Shown here: piece after piece, positions 36,152-50,547 of the stretch
Numbering within the stretch: the first letter of the stretch is position 1
How the letters are laid out: each line of letters starts with the position of its first letter
Translations under genes and position numbers: made by a program
From: Auanema rhodensis
Taxonomy: Eukaryota > Animalia > Nematoda
DNA: 64,000 nucleotides
Direction: 5' to 3'
Assembly: GCA_964057225.1 (NCBI GenBank)
Contig: OZ059895.1
Span: forward strand, 22,692,001-22,756,000
Notes under the pieces: generated by a model
Database searches by the model: none
Seen by the model: only the letters and a program-made list of their open reading frames with translations
Told to the model about the DNA's origin: nothing

Positions 36152-39100
36152 ATATCCTCGATTTTCACCCTGAAGAATTAATTTTTTCGTTGAATAACAT
36201 CGTCCATCGTCTTTGCCTTAAAAAAAGGAATCTAAAAACATCTACTTTTTGCTAAATTATCTTGAAATTTTTTGAAAAAATTTTTGTCAAAATGTTTTTG
36301 GAAGCAATGTTGAGTGTACATGGAAACTCAACATACACTAATGCATCATTTTTCAAACGATCATAACTAATTTTTGTATTGAGCGTTTCTCAATGTAGTA
36401 TAGTGCATTCGATGCGGATTTTTAAGCTGCGTCGATCTGTTTTATCAGATTTGCGCTAGCTTAAAAATGCACCGAGATATCAACTGATATAAGTTCACAC
36501 ATATATCCTCGATTTTCACCCTGAAGAATTAATTTTTTCGTTGAATAACAATGTCCATCGTCTTTGCCTTGAAAAAAGAAATCTAAAAACATCTACTTTT
36601 TGCTAAATTATTTTGAAATTTTTCGAAAAAATTTTTGTCAAAATGTTTTTGGAAGCAATGTTGAGTGTACATGGAAACTCAACATACACTAATGCATCAT
36701 TTTTCAAACGATCATAACTAATTTTTGTATTAAGCGTTTCTCAATGTAGTATAGTGCATTCGATGCAGATTTTTAAGCTGCGTCGATCTGTGTTATCAGA
36801 TTTGCGCTAGCTTAAAAATGCACCGAGATATCAACTGATATAAGTTCACACTTATATCCTCGATTTTCACCCTGAAGAATTAATTTTTTCGTTGAATAAC
36901 AATGTCCATCGTCTTTGCCTTGAAAAAAGGAATCTAAAAACATCTACTTTTTGCTAAATTATTTTGAAATTTTTCGAAAAAATTTTTGTCAAAATGTTTT
37001 TGGAAGCAATGTTGAGTGTACATGGAAACTCAACATACACTAATGCATCATTTTTCAAACGATCATAACTAATTTTTGTATTAAGCGTTTCTCAATGTAG
37101 TATAGTGCATTCGATGCGGATTTTTAAGCTGCGTCGATCTGTGTTATCAGATTTGCGCTAGCTTAAAAATGCACCGAGATATCAACTGATATAAGTTCAC
37201 ACTTATATCCTCGATTTTCACCCTGAAGAATTAATTTTTTCGTTGAATAACATCGTCCATCGTCTTTGCCTTAAAAAAAGGAATCTAAAAACATCTACTT
37301 TTTGCTAAATTATCTTGAAATTTTTTGAAAAAATTTTTGTCAAAATGTTTTTGGAAGCAATGTTGAGTGTACATGGAAACTCAACATACACTAATGCATC
37401 ATTTTTCAAACGATCATAACTAATTTTTGTATTGAGCGTTTCTCAATGTAGTATAGTGCATTCGATGCGGATTTTTAAGCTGCGTCGATCTGTTTTATCA
37501 GATTTGCGCTAGCTTAAAAATGCACCGAGATATCAACTGATATAAGTTCACACTTATATCCTCGATTTTCACCCTGAAGAATTAATTTTTTCGTTGAATA
37601 ACAATGTCCATCGTCTTTGCCTTGAAAAAAGAAATCTAAAAACATCTACTTTTTGCTAAATTATTTTGAAATTTTTCGAAAAAATTTTTGTCAAAATGTT
37701 TTTAGAAGCAATGTTGAGTGTACATGGAAACTCAACATACACTAATGCATCATTTTTCAAACGATCATAACTAATTTTTGTATTAAGCGTTTCTCAATGT
37801 AGTATAGTGCATTCGATGCGGATTTTTAAGCTGCAATGATCTGTGTTATCAGATTTGCGCTAGCTTAAAAATGCACCGAGATATCAACTGATATAAGTTC
37901 ACACTTATATCCTCGATTTTCACCCTGAAGAATTAATTTTTTCGTTGAATAACAATGTCCATCGTCTTTGCCTTGAAAAAAGAAATCTAAAAACATCTAC
38001 TTTTTGCTAAATTATTTTGAAATTTTTCGAAAAAATTTTTGTCAAAATGTTTTTGGAAGCAATGTTGAGTGTACATGGAAACTCAACATACACTAATGCA
38101 TCATTTTTCAAACGATCATAACTAATTTTTGTATTAAGCGTTTCTCAATGTAGTATAGTGCATTCGATGCAGATTTTTAAGCTGCGTCGATCTGTGTTAT
38201 CAGATTTGCGCTAGCTTAAAAATGCACCGAGATATCAACTGATATATGTTCACACTTATATCCTCGATTTTCACCCTGAAGAATTAATTTTTTCGTTGAA
38301 TAACAATGTCCATCGTCTTTGCCTTGAAAAAAGAAATCTAAAAACATCTACTTTTTGCTAAATTATTTTGAAATTTTTCGAAAAAATTTTTGTCAAAATG
38401 TTTTTGGAAGCAATGTTGAGTGTACATGGAAACTCAACATACACTAATGCATCATTTTTCAAACGATCATAACTAATTTTTGTATTAAGCGTTTCTCAAT
38501 GTAGTATAGTGCATTCGATGCGGATTTTTAAGCTGCGTCGATCTGTGTTATCAGATTTGCGCTAGCTTAAAAATGCACCGAGATATCAACTGATATAAGT
38601 TCACACTTATATCCTCGATTTTCACCCTGAAGAATTAATTTTTTCGTTGAATAACATCGTCCATCGTCTTTGCCTTAAAAAAAGGAATCTAAAAACATCT
38701 ACTTTTTGCTAAATTATCTTGAAATTTTTTGAAAAAATTTTTGTCAAAATGTTTTTGGAAGCAATGTTGAGTGTACATGGAAACTCAACATACACTAATG
38801 CATCATTTTTCAAACGATCATAACTAATTTTTGTATTGAGCGTTTCTCAATGTAGTATAGTGCATTCGATGCGGATTTTTAAGCTGCGTCGATCTGTTTT
38901 ATCAGATTTGCGCTAGCTTAAAAATGCACCGAGATATCAACTGATATAAGTTCACACATATATCCTCGATTTTCACCCTGAAGAATTAATTTTTTCGTTG
39001 AATAACAATGTCCATCGTCTTTGCCTTGAAAAAAGAAATCTAAAAACATCTACTTTTTGCTAAATTATTTTGAAATTTTTCGAAAAAATTTTTGTCAAAA

Positions 39101-41065
39101 TGTTTTTGGAAGCAATGTTGAGTGTACATGGAAACTCAACATACACTAATGCATCATTTTTCAAACGATCATAACTAATTTTTGTATTAAGCGTTTCTCA
39201 ATGTAGTATAGTGCATTCGATGCAGATTTTTAAGCTGCGTCGATCTGTGTTATCAGATTTGCGCTAGCTTAAAAATGCACCGAGATATCAACTGATATAA
39301 GTTCACACTTATATCCTCGATTTTCACCCTGAAGAATTAATTTTTTCGTTGAATAACAATGTCCATCGTCTTTGCCTTGAAAAAAGGAATCTAAAAACAT
39401 CTACTTTTTGCTAAATTATTTTGAAATTTTTCGAAAAAATTTTTGTCAAAATGTTTTTGGAAGCAATGTTGAGTGTACATGGAAACTCAACATACACTAA
39501 TGCATCATTTTTCAAACGATCATAACTAATTTTTGTATTAAGCGTTTCTCAATGTAGTATAGTGCATTCGATGCGGATTTTTAAGCTGCGTCGATCTGTG
39601 TTATCAGATTTGCGCTAGCTTAAAAATGCACCGAGATATCAACTGATATAAGTTCACACTTATATCCTCGATTTTCACCCTGAAGAATTAATTTTTTCGT
39701 TGAATAACATCGTCCATCGTCTTTGCCTTAAAAAAAGGAATCTAAAAACATCTACTTTTTGCTAAATTATCTTGAAATTTTTTGAAAAAATTTTTGTCAA
39801 AATGTTTTTGGAAGCAATGTTGAGTGTACATGGAAACTCAACATACACTAATGCATCATTTTTCAAACGATCATAACTAATTTTTGTATTGAGCGTTTCT
39901 CAATGTAGTATAGTGCATTCGATGCGGATTTTTAAGCTGCGTCGATCTGTTTTATCAGATTTGCGCTAGCTTAAAAATGCACCGAGATATCAACTGATAT
40001 AAGTTCACACTTATATCCTCGATTTTCACCCTGAAGAATTAATTTTTTCGTTGAATAACAATGTCCATCGTCTTTGCCTTGAAAAAAGAAATCTAAAAAC
40101 ATCTACTTTTTGCTAAATTATTTTGAAATTTTTCGAAAAAATTTTTGTCAAAATGTTTTTAGAAGCAATGTTGAGTGTACATGGAAACTCAACATACACT
40201 AATGCATCATTTTTCAAACGATCATAACTAATTTTTGTATTAAGCGTTTCTCAATGTAGTATAGTGCATTCGATGCGGATTTTTAAGCTGCAATGATCTG
40301 TGTTATCAGATTTGCGCTAGCTTAAAAATGCACCGAGATATCAACTGATATAAGTTCACACTTATATCCTCGATTTTCACCCTGAAGAATTAATTTTTTC
40401 GTTGAATAACAATGTCCATCGTCTTTGCCTTGAAAAAAGAAATCTAAAAACATCTACTTTTTGCTAAATTATTTTGAAATTTTTCGAAAAAATTTTTGTC
40501 AAAATGTTTTTGGAAGCAATGTTGAGTGTACATGGAAACTCAACATACACTAATGCATCATTTTTCAAACGATCATAACTAATTTTTGTATTAAGCGTTT
40601 CTCAATGTAGTATAGTGCATTCGATGCAGATTTTTAAGCTGCGTCGATCTGTGTTATCAGATTTGCGCTAGCTTAAAAATGCACCGAGATATCAACTGAT
40701 ATATGTTCACACTTATATCCTCGATTTTCACCCTGAAGAATTAATTTTTTCGTTGAATAACAATGTCCATCGTCTTTGCCTTGAAAAAAGAAATCTAAAA
40801 ACATCTACTTTTTGCTAAATTATTTTGAAATTTTTCGAAAAAATTTTTGTCAAAATGTTTTTGGAAGCAATGTTGAGTGTACATGGAAACTCAACATACA
40901 CTAATGCATCATTTTTCAAACGATCATAACTAATTTTTGTATTAAGCGTTTCTCAATGTAGTATAGTGCATTCGATGCGGATTTTTAAGCTGCGTCGATC
41001 TGTGTTATCAGATTTGCGCTAGCTTAAAAATGCACCGAGATATCAACTGATATAAGTTCACACTT
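36152..41065. repeat. Second, different 7-mer HOR (2457 bp), two copies
   Basis: Rare CACATATATC SNP at 36501 and 38958; subtype order of monomers 104-110 matches 111-117. Confidence 0.9.
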
Positions 41066-44000
41066 ATATCCTCGATTTTCACCCTGAAGAATTAATTTTT
41101 TCGTTGAATAACAATGTCCATCGTCTTTGCCTTAAAAAAACAAATCTAAAAACATCTACTTTTTGCTAAATTATTTTGAAATTTTTCGAAAAAATTTTTG
41201 TCAAAATGTTTTTGGAAGCAATGTTGAGTGTACATGGAAACTCAACATACACTAATGCATCATTTTTCAAACGATCATAACTAATTTTTGTATTAAGCGT
41301 TTCTCAATGTAGTATAGTGCATTCGATGCGGATTTTTAAGCTGCGTCGATCTGTGTTATCAGATTTGCGCTAGCTTAAAAATGCACCGAGATATCAACTG
41401 ATATAAGTTCACACTTATATCCTCGATTTTCACCCTGAAGAATTAATTTTTTCGTTGAATAACAATGTTCATCGTCTTTGCCTTGAAAAAAGGAATCTAA
41501 AAACATCTACTTTTTGCTAAATTATTTTGAAATTTTTCGAAAAAATTTTTGTCAAAATGTTTTTGGAAGCAATGTTGAGTGTACATGGAAACTCAACATA
41601 CACTAATGCATCATTTTTCAAACGATCATAACTAATTTTTGTATTAAGCGTTTCTCAATGTAGTATAGTGCATTCGATGCGGATTTTTAAGCTGCGTCGA
41701 TCTGTGTTATCAGATTTGCGCTAGCTTAAAAATGCACCGAGATATCAACTGATATAAGTTCACACTTATATCCTCGATTTTCACCCTGAAGAATTAATTT
41801 TTTCGTTGAATAACATCGTCCATCGTCTTTGCCTTAAAAAAAGGAATCTAAAAACATCTACTTTTTGCTAAATTATCTTGAAATTTTTTGAAAAAATTTT
41901 TGTCAAAATGTTTTTGGAAGCAATGTTGAGTGTACATGGAAACTCAACATACACTAATGCATCATTTTTCAAACGATCATAACTAATTTTTGTATTGAGC
42001 GTTTCTCAATGTAGTATAGTGCATTCGATGCGGATTTTTAAGCTGCGTCGATCTGTTTTATCAGATTTGCGCTAGCTTAAAAATGCACCGAGATATCAAC
42101 TGATATAAGTTCACACTTATATCCTCGATTTTCACCCTGAAGAATTAATTTTTTCGTTGAATAACAATGTCCATCGTCTTTGCCTTGAAAAAACAAATCT
42201 AAAAACATCTACTTTTTGCTAAATTATTTTGAAATTTTTCGAAAAAATTTTTGTCAAAATGTTTTTGGAAGCAATGTTGAGTGTACAGGGAAACTCAACA
42301 TACACTAATGCATCATTTTTCAAACGATCATAACTAATTTTTGTATTAAGCGTTTCTCAATGTAGTATAGTGCATTCGATGCGGATTTTTAAGCTGCGTC
42401 GATCTGTTTTATCAGATTTGCGCTAGCTTAAAAATGCACCGAGATATCAACTGATATAAGTTCACACTTATATCCTCGATTTTCACCCTGAAGAATTAAT
42501 TTTTTCGTTGAATAACAATGTCCATCGTCTTTGCCTTGAAAAAAGGAATCTAAAAACATCTACTTTTTGCTAAATTATTTTGAAATTTTTCGAAAAAATT
42601 TTTGTCAAAATGTTTTTGGAAGCAATGTTGAGTGTACATGGAAACTCAACATACACTAATGCATCATTTTTCAAACGATCATAACTAATTTTCGTATTAA
42701 GCGTTTCTCAATGTAGTATAGTGCATTCGATGCGAATTTTTAAGCTGCGTCGATCTGTATTATCAGATTTGCGCTAGCTTAAAAATGCACCGAGATATCA
42801 ACTGATATATGTTCACACTTATATCCTCGATTTTCACCCTGAAGAATTAATTTTTTTGTTGAATAACAATGTCCATCGTCTTTGCCTTGAAAAAAGGAAT
42901 CTAAAAACATCTACTTTTTGCTAAATTATTTTGAAATTTTTCGAAAAAATTTTTGTCAAAATGTTTTTGGAAGCAATGTTGAGTGTACATGGAAACTCAA
43001 CATACACTAATGCATCATTTTTCAAACGATCATAACTAATTTTTGTATTAAGCGTTTCTCAATGTAGTATAGTGCATTCGATGCGGATTTTTAAGCTGCA
43101 ATGATCTGTGTTATCAGATTTGCGCTAGCTTAAAAATGCACCGAGATATCAACTGATATATGTTCACACTTATATCCTCGATTTTCACCCTGAAGAATTA
43201 ATTTTTTCGTTGAATAACAATGTTCATCGTCTTTGCCTTGAAAAAAGGAATCTAAAAACATCTACTTTTTGCTAAATTATTTTGAAATTTTTCGAAAAAA
43301 CTTTTGTCAAAATGTTTTTGGAAGCAATGTTGAGTGTACATGGAAACTCAACATACACTAATGCATCATTTTTCAAACGATCATAACTAATTTTTGTATT
43401 AAGCGTTTCTCAATGTAGTATAGTGCATTCGATGCGGATTTTTAAGCTGCGTCGATCTGTGTTATCAGATTTGCGCTAGCTTAAAAATGCACCGAGATAT
43501 CAACTGATATAAGTTCACACTTATATCCTCGATTTTCACCCTGAAGAATTAATTTTTTCGTTGAATAACAATGTTCATCGTCTTTGCCTTGAAAAAAGGA
43601 ATCTAAAAACATCTACTTTTTGCTAAATTATTCTGAAATTTTTCGAAAAAATTTTTGTCAAAATGTTTTTGGAAGCAATGTTGAGTGTACATGGAAACTC
43701 AACATACACTAATGCATCATTTTTCAAACGATCATAACTAATTTTTGTATTAAGCGTTTCTCAATGTAGTATAGTGCATTCGATGCGGATTTTTAAGCTG
43801 CGTCGATCTGTGTTATCAGATTTGCGCTAGCTTAAAAATGCACCGAGATATCAACTGATATAAGTTCACACTTATATCCTCGATTTTCACCCTGAAGAAT
43901 TAATTTTTTCGTTGAATAACATCGTCCATCGTCTTTGCCTTAAAAAAAGGAATCTAAAAACATCTACTTTTTGCTAAATTATCTTGAAATTTTTTGAAAA

Positions 44001-47000
44001 AATTTTTGTCAAAATGTTTTTGGAAGCAATGTTGAGTGTACATGGAAACTCAACATACACTAATGCATCATTTTTCAAACGATCATAACTAATTTTTGTA
44101 TTGAGCGTTTCTCAATGTAGTATAGTGCATTCGATGCGGATTTTTAAGCTGCGTCGATCTGTTTTATCAGATTTGCGCTAGCTTAAAAATGCACCGAGAT
44201 ATCAACTGATATAAGTTCACACTTATATCCTCGATTTTCACCCTGAAGAATTAATTTTTTCGTTGAATAACAATGTCCATCGTCTTTGCCTTGAAAAAAC
44301 AAATCTAAGAACATCTACTTTTTGCTAAATTATTTTGAAATTTTTCGAAAAAATTTTTGTCAAAATGTTTTTGGAAGCAATGTTGAGTGTACATGGAAAC
44401 TCAACATACACTAATGCATCATTTTTCAAACGATCATAACTAATTTTTGTATTAAGCGTTTCTCAATGTAGTATAGTGCATTCGATGCGGATTTTTAAGC
44501 TGCGTCGATCTGTTTTATCAGATTTGCGCTAGCTTAAAAATGCACCGAGATATCAACTGATATAAGTTCACACTTATATCCTCGATTTTCACCCTGAAGA
44601 ATTAGTTTTTTCGTTGAATAACAATGTCCATCGTCTTTGCCTTGAAAAAAGGAATCTAAAAACATCTACTTTTTGCTAAATTATTTTGAAATTTTTCGAA
44701 AAAATTTTTGTCAAAATGTTTTTGGAAGCAATGTTGAGTGTACATGGAAACTCAACATACACTAATGCATCATTTTTCAAACGATCATAACTAATTTTTG
44801 TATTAAGCGTTTCTCAATGTAGTATAGTGCATTCGATGCGGATTTTTAAGCTGCGTCGATCTGTTTTATCAGATTTGCGCTAGCTTAAAAATGCACCGAG
44901 ATATCAACTGATATAAGTTCACACTTATATCCTCGATTTTCACCCTGAAGAATTAGTTTTTTCGTTGAATAACAATGTCCATCGTCTTTGCCTTGAAAAA
45001 AGGAATCTAAAAACATCTACTTTTTGCTAAATTATTTTGAAATTTTTCGAAAAAATTTTTGTCAAAATGTTTTTGGAAGCAATGTTGAGTGTACATGGAA
45101 ACTCAACATACACTAATGCATCATTTTTCAAACGATCATAACTAATTTTTGTATTAAGCGTTTCTCAATGTAGTATAGTGCATTCGATGCGGATTTTTAA
45201 GCTGCGTCGTTCTGTGTTATCAGATTTGCGCTAGCTTAAAAATGCACCGAGATATCAACTGATATAAGTTCACACTTATATCCTCGATTTTCACCCTGAA
45301 GAATTAATTTTTTCGTTGAATAACAATGTCCATCGTCTTTGCCTTGAAAAAAGAAATCTAAAAACATCTACTTTTTGCTAAATTATTTTGAAATTTTTCG
45401 AAAAAATTTTTGTCAAAATGTTTTTAGAAGCAATGTTGAGTGTACATGGAAACTCAACATACACTAATGCATCATTTTTCAAACGATCATAACTAATTTT
45501 TGTATTAAGCGTTTCTCAATGTAGTATAGTGCATTCGATGCGGATTTTTAAGCTGCAATGATCTGTGTTATCAGATTTGCGCTAGCTTAAAAATGCACCG
45601 AGATATCAACTGATATAAGTTCACACTTATATCCTCGATTTTCACCCTGAAGAATTAATTTTTTCGTTGAATAACAATGTCCATCGTCTTTGCCTTGAAA
45701 AAAGAAATCTAAAAACATCTACTTTTTGCTAAATTATTTTGAAATTTTTCGAAAAAATTTTTGTCAAAATGTTTTTGGAAGCAATGTTGAGTGTACATGG
45801 AAACTCAACATACACTAATGCATCATTTTTCAAACGATCATAACTAATTTTTGTATTAAGCGTTTCTCAATGTAGTATAGTGCTTTCGATGCAGATTTTT
45901 AAGCTGCGTCGATCTGTGTTATCAGATTTGCGCTAGCTTAAAAATGCACCGAGATATCAACTGATATATGTTCACACTTATATCCTCGATTTTCACCCTG
46001 AAGAATTAATTTTTTCGTTGAATAACAATGTCCATCGTCTTTGCCTTGAAAAAAGGAATCTAAAAACATCTACTTTTTGCTAAATTATTTTGAAATTTTT
46101 CGAAAAAATTTTTGTCAAAATGTTTTTGGAAGCAATGTTGAGTGTACATGGAAACTCAACATACACTAATGCATCATTTTTCAAACGATCATAACTAATT
46201 TTTGTATTAAGCGTTTCTCAATGTAGTATAGTGCATTCGATGCGGATTTTTAAGCTGCGTCGATCTGTGTTATCAGATTTGCGCTAGCTTAAAAATGCAC
46301 CGAGATATCAACTGATATAAGTTCACACTTATATCCTCGATTTTCACCCTGAAGAATTAATTTTTTCGTTGAATAACAATGTTCATCGTCTTTGCCTTGA
46401 AAAAAGGAATCTAAAAACATCTACTTTTTGCTAAATTATTTTGAAATTTTTCGAAAAAATTTTTGTCAAAATGTTTTTGGAAGCAATGTTGAGTGTACAT
46501 GGAAACTCAACATACACTAATGCATCATTTTTCAAACGATCATAACTAATTTTTGTATTAAGCGTTTCTCAATGTAGTATAGTGCATTCGATGCGGATTT
46601 TTAAGCTGCGTCGATCTGTGTTATCAGATTTGCGCTAGCTTAAAAATGCACCGAGATATCAACTGATATAAGTTCACACTTATATCCTCGATTTTCACCC
46701 TGAAGAATTAATTTTTTCGTTGAATAACAATGTCCATCGTCTTTGCCTTGAAAAAAGAAATCTAAAAACATCTACTTTTTGCTAAATTATTTTGAAATTT
46801 TTCGAAAAAATTTTTGTCAAAATGTTTTTGGAAGCAATGTTGAGTGTACATGGAAACTCAACATACACTAATGCATCATTTTTCAAACGATCATAACTAA
46901 TTTTTGTATTAAGCGTTTCTCAATGTAGTATAGTGCATTCGATGCGGATTTTTAAGCTGCGTCGATCTGTGTTATCAGATTTGCGCTAGCTTAAAAATGC

Positions 47001-48436
47001 ACCGAGATATCAACTGATATAAGTTCACACTTATATCCTCGATTTTCACCCTGAAGAATTAATTTTTTCGTTGAATAACAATGTTCATCGTCTTTGCCTT
47101 GAAAAAAGGAATCTAAAAACATCTACTTTTTGCTAAATTATTTTGAAATTTTTCGAAAAAATTTTTGTCAAAATGTTTTTGGAAGCAATGTTGAGTGTAC
47201 ATGGAAACTCAACATACACTAATGCATCATTTTTCAAACGATCATAACTAATTTTTGTATTAAGCGTTTCTCAATGTAGTATAGTGCATTCGATGCGGAT
47301 TTTTAAGCTGCGTCGATCTGTGTTATCAGATTTGCGCTAGCTTAAAAATGCACCGAGATATCAACTGATATAAGTTCACACTTATATCCTCGATTTTCAC
47401 CCTGAAGAATTAATTTTTTCGTTGAATAACAATGTCCATCGTCTTTGCCTTGAAAAAAGAAATCTAAAAACATCTACTTTTTGCTAAATTATTTTGAAAT
47501 TTTTCGAAAAAATTTTTGTCAAAATGTTTTTGGAAGCAATGTTGAGTGTACATGGAAACTCAACATACACTAATGCATCATTTTTCAAACGATCATAACT
47601 AATTTTTGTATTAAGCGTTTCTCAATGTAGTATAATGCATTCGATGCGGATTTTTAAGCTGCAATGATCTGTGTTATCAGATTTGCGCTAGCTTAAAAAT
47701 GCACCGAGATATCAACTGATATATGTTCACACTTATCTCCTCGATTTTCACCCTGAAGAATTAATTTTTTCGTTGAATAACAATGTCCATCGTCTTTGCC
47801 TTGAAAAAAAGAATCTAAAAACATCTACTTTTTGCTAAATTATTTTGAAATTTTTCGAAAAAATTTTTGTCAAAATGTTTTTGGAAGCAATGTTGAGTGT
47901 ACATGGAAACTCAACATACACTAATGCATCATTTTTCAAACGATCATAACTAATTTTTGTATTAAGCGTTTCTCAATGTAGTATAGTGCATTCGATGCGG
48001 ATTTTTAAGCTGCGTCGATCTGTGTTATCAGATTTGCGCTAGCTTAAAAATGCACCGAGATATCAACTGATATATGTTCACACTTATATCCTCGATTTTC
48101 ACCCTGAAGAATTAATTTTTTCGTTGAATAACAATGTCCATCGTCTTTGCCTTGAAAAAAGGAATCTAAAAACATCTACTTTTTGCTAAATTATTTTGAA
48201 ATTTTTCGAAAAAATTTTTGTCAAAATGTTTTTGGAAGCAATGTTGAGTGTACATGGAAACTCAACATACACTAATGCATCATTTTTCAAACGATCATAA
48301 CTAATTTTTGTATTAAGCGTTTCTCAATGTAGTATAGTGCATTCGATGCGGATTTTTAAGCTGCGTCGATCTGTGTTATCAGATTTGCGCTAGCTTAAAA
48401 ATGCACCGAGATATCAACTGATATATGTTCACACTT

Positions 48437-50547
48437 ATATCCTCGATTTTCACCCTGAAGAATTGATTTTTTCGTTGAATAACAATGTTCATCGTCTTTG
48501 CCTTGAAAAAGGGAATCTAAAAACATCTACTTTTTGCTAAATTATTTTGAAATTTTTCGAAAAAATTTTTGTCAAAATGTTTTTGGAAGCAATGTTGAGT
48601 GTACATGGAAACTCAACATACACTAATGCATCATTTTTCAAACGATCATAACTAATTTTTGTATTAGCGCGTTTCTCAATGTAGTATTGTGCATTCGATG
48701 CGGATTTTTAAGCTGCGTCGATCTGTGTTATCAGATTTGCGCTAGCTTAAAAATGCACCGAGATATCAACTGATATATGTTCACACTTATATCCTCGATT
48801 TTCACCCTGAAGAATTAATTTTTTCGTTGAATAACAATGTCCATCGTCTTTGCCTTGAAAAAAGGAATCTAAAAACATCTACTTTTTGCTAAATTATTTT
48901 GAAATTTTTCGAAAAAATTTTTGTCAAAATGTTTTTGGAAGCAATGTTGAGTGTACATGGAAACTCAACATACACTAATGCATCATTTTTCAAACGATCA
49001 TAACTAATTTTTGTATTAGCGCGTTTCTCAAAGTAGTATTGTGCATTCGATGCGGATTTTTAAGCTGCGTCGATCTGTGTTATCAGATTTGCGCTAGCTT
49101 AAAAATGCACCGAGATATCAACTGATATATGTTCACACTTATATCCTCGATTTTCACCCTGAAGAATTAATTTTTTCGTTGAATAACAATGTCCATCGTC
49201 TTTGCCTTGAAAAAAGGAATCTAAAAACATCTACTTTTTGCTAAATTATTTTGAAATTTTTCGAAAAAATTTTTGTCAAAATGTTTTTGGAAGCAATGTT
49301 GAGTGTACATGGAAACTCAACATACACTAATGCATCATTTTTCAAACGATCATAACTAATTTTTGTATTAGCGCGTTTCTCAATGTAGTATTGTGCATTC
49401 GATGCGGATTTTTAAGCTGCGTCGATCTGTGTTATCAGATTTGCGCTAGCTTAAAAATGCACCGAGATATCAACAGATATATGTTCACACTTATATCCTC
49501 GATTTTCACCCTGAAGAATTAATTTTTTCGTTGAATAACAATGTCCATCGTCTTTGCCTTGAAAAAAGGAATCTAAAAACATCTACTTTTTGCTAAATTA
49601 TTTTGAAATTTTTCGAAAAAATTTTTGTCAAAATGTTTTTGGAAGCAATGTTGAGTGTACATGGAAACTCAACATACACTAATGCATCATTTTTCAAACG
49701 ATCATAACTAATTTTTGTATTAAGCGTTTCTCAATGTAGTATAGTGCTTTCGATGCGGATTTTTAAGCTGCGTCGATCTGTGTTATCAGATTTGCGCTAG
49801 CTTAAAAATGCACCGAGATATCAACTGATATATGTTCACACTTATATCCTCGATTTTCACCCTGAAGAATTGATTTTTTCGTTGAATAACAATGTTCATC
49901 GTCTTTGCCTTGAAAAAAGGAATCTAAAAACATCTACTTTTTGCTAAATTATTTTGAAATTTTTCGAAAAAATTTTTGTCAAAATGTTTTTGGAAGCAAT
50001 GTTGAGTGTACATGGAAACTCAACATACACTAATGCATCATTTTTCAAACGATCATAACTAATTTTTGTATTAGCGCGTTTCTCAATGTAGTATTGTGCA
50101 TTCGATGCGGATTTTTAAGCTGCGTCGATCTGTGTTATCAGATTTGCGCTAGCTTAAAAATGCACCGAGATATCAACTGATATATGTTCACACTTATATC
50201 CTCGATTTTCACCCTGAAGAATTAATTTTTTCGTTGAATAACAATGTCCATCGTCTTTGCCTTGAAAAAAGGAATCTAAAAACATCTACTTTTTGCTAAA
50301 TTATTTTGAAATTTTTCGAAAAAATTTTTGTCAAAATGTTTTTGGAAGCAATGTTGAGTGTACATGGAAACTCAACATACACTAATGCATCATTTTTCAA
50401 ACGATCATAACTAATTTTTGTATTAGCGCGTTTCTCAATGTAGTATTGTGCATTCGATGCGGATTTTTAAGCTGCGTCGATCTGTGTTATCAGATTTGCG
50501 CTAGCTTAAAAATGCACCGAGATATCAACAGATATATGTTCACACTT
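48437..50547. repeat. Cluster of 352-bp variant monomers (ATTAAGCG>ATTAGCGCG linked to TATTGTG)
   Basis: Insertion allele near 48666, 49018, 49370, 50073 and 50425; a sixth copy near 55340. Confidence 0.9.

Noticed and set aside
36486-36507. Compensatory pair T341/A350 in the junction hairpin
   Set aside because: A350 occurs (36501, 38958) only with A341, which creates a mismatch rather than restoring pairing.
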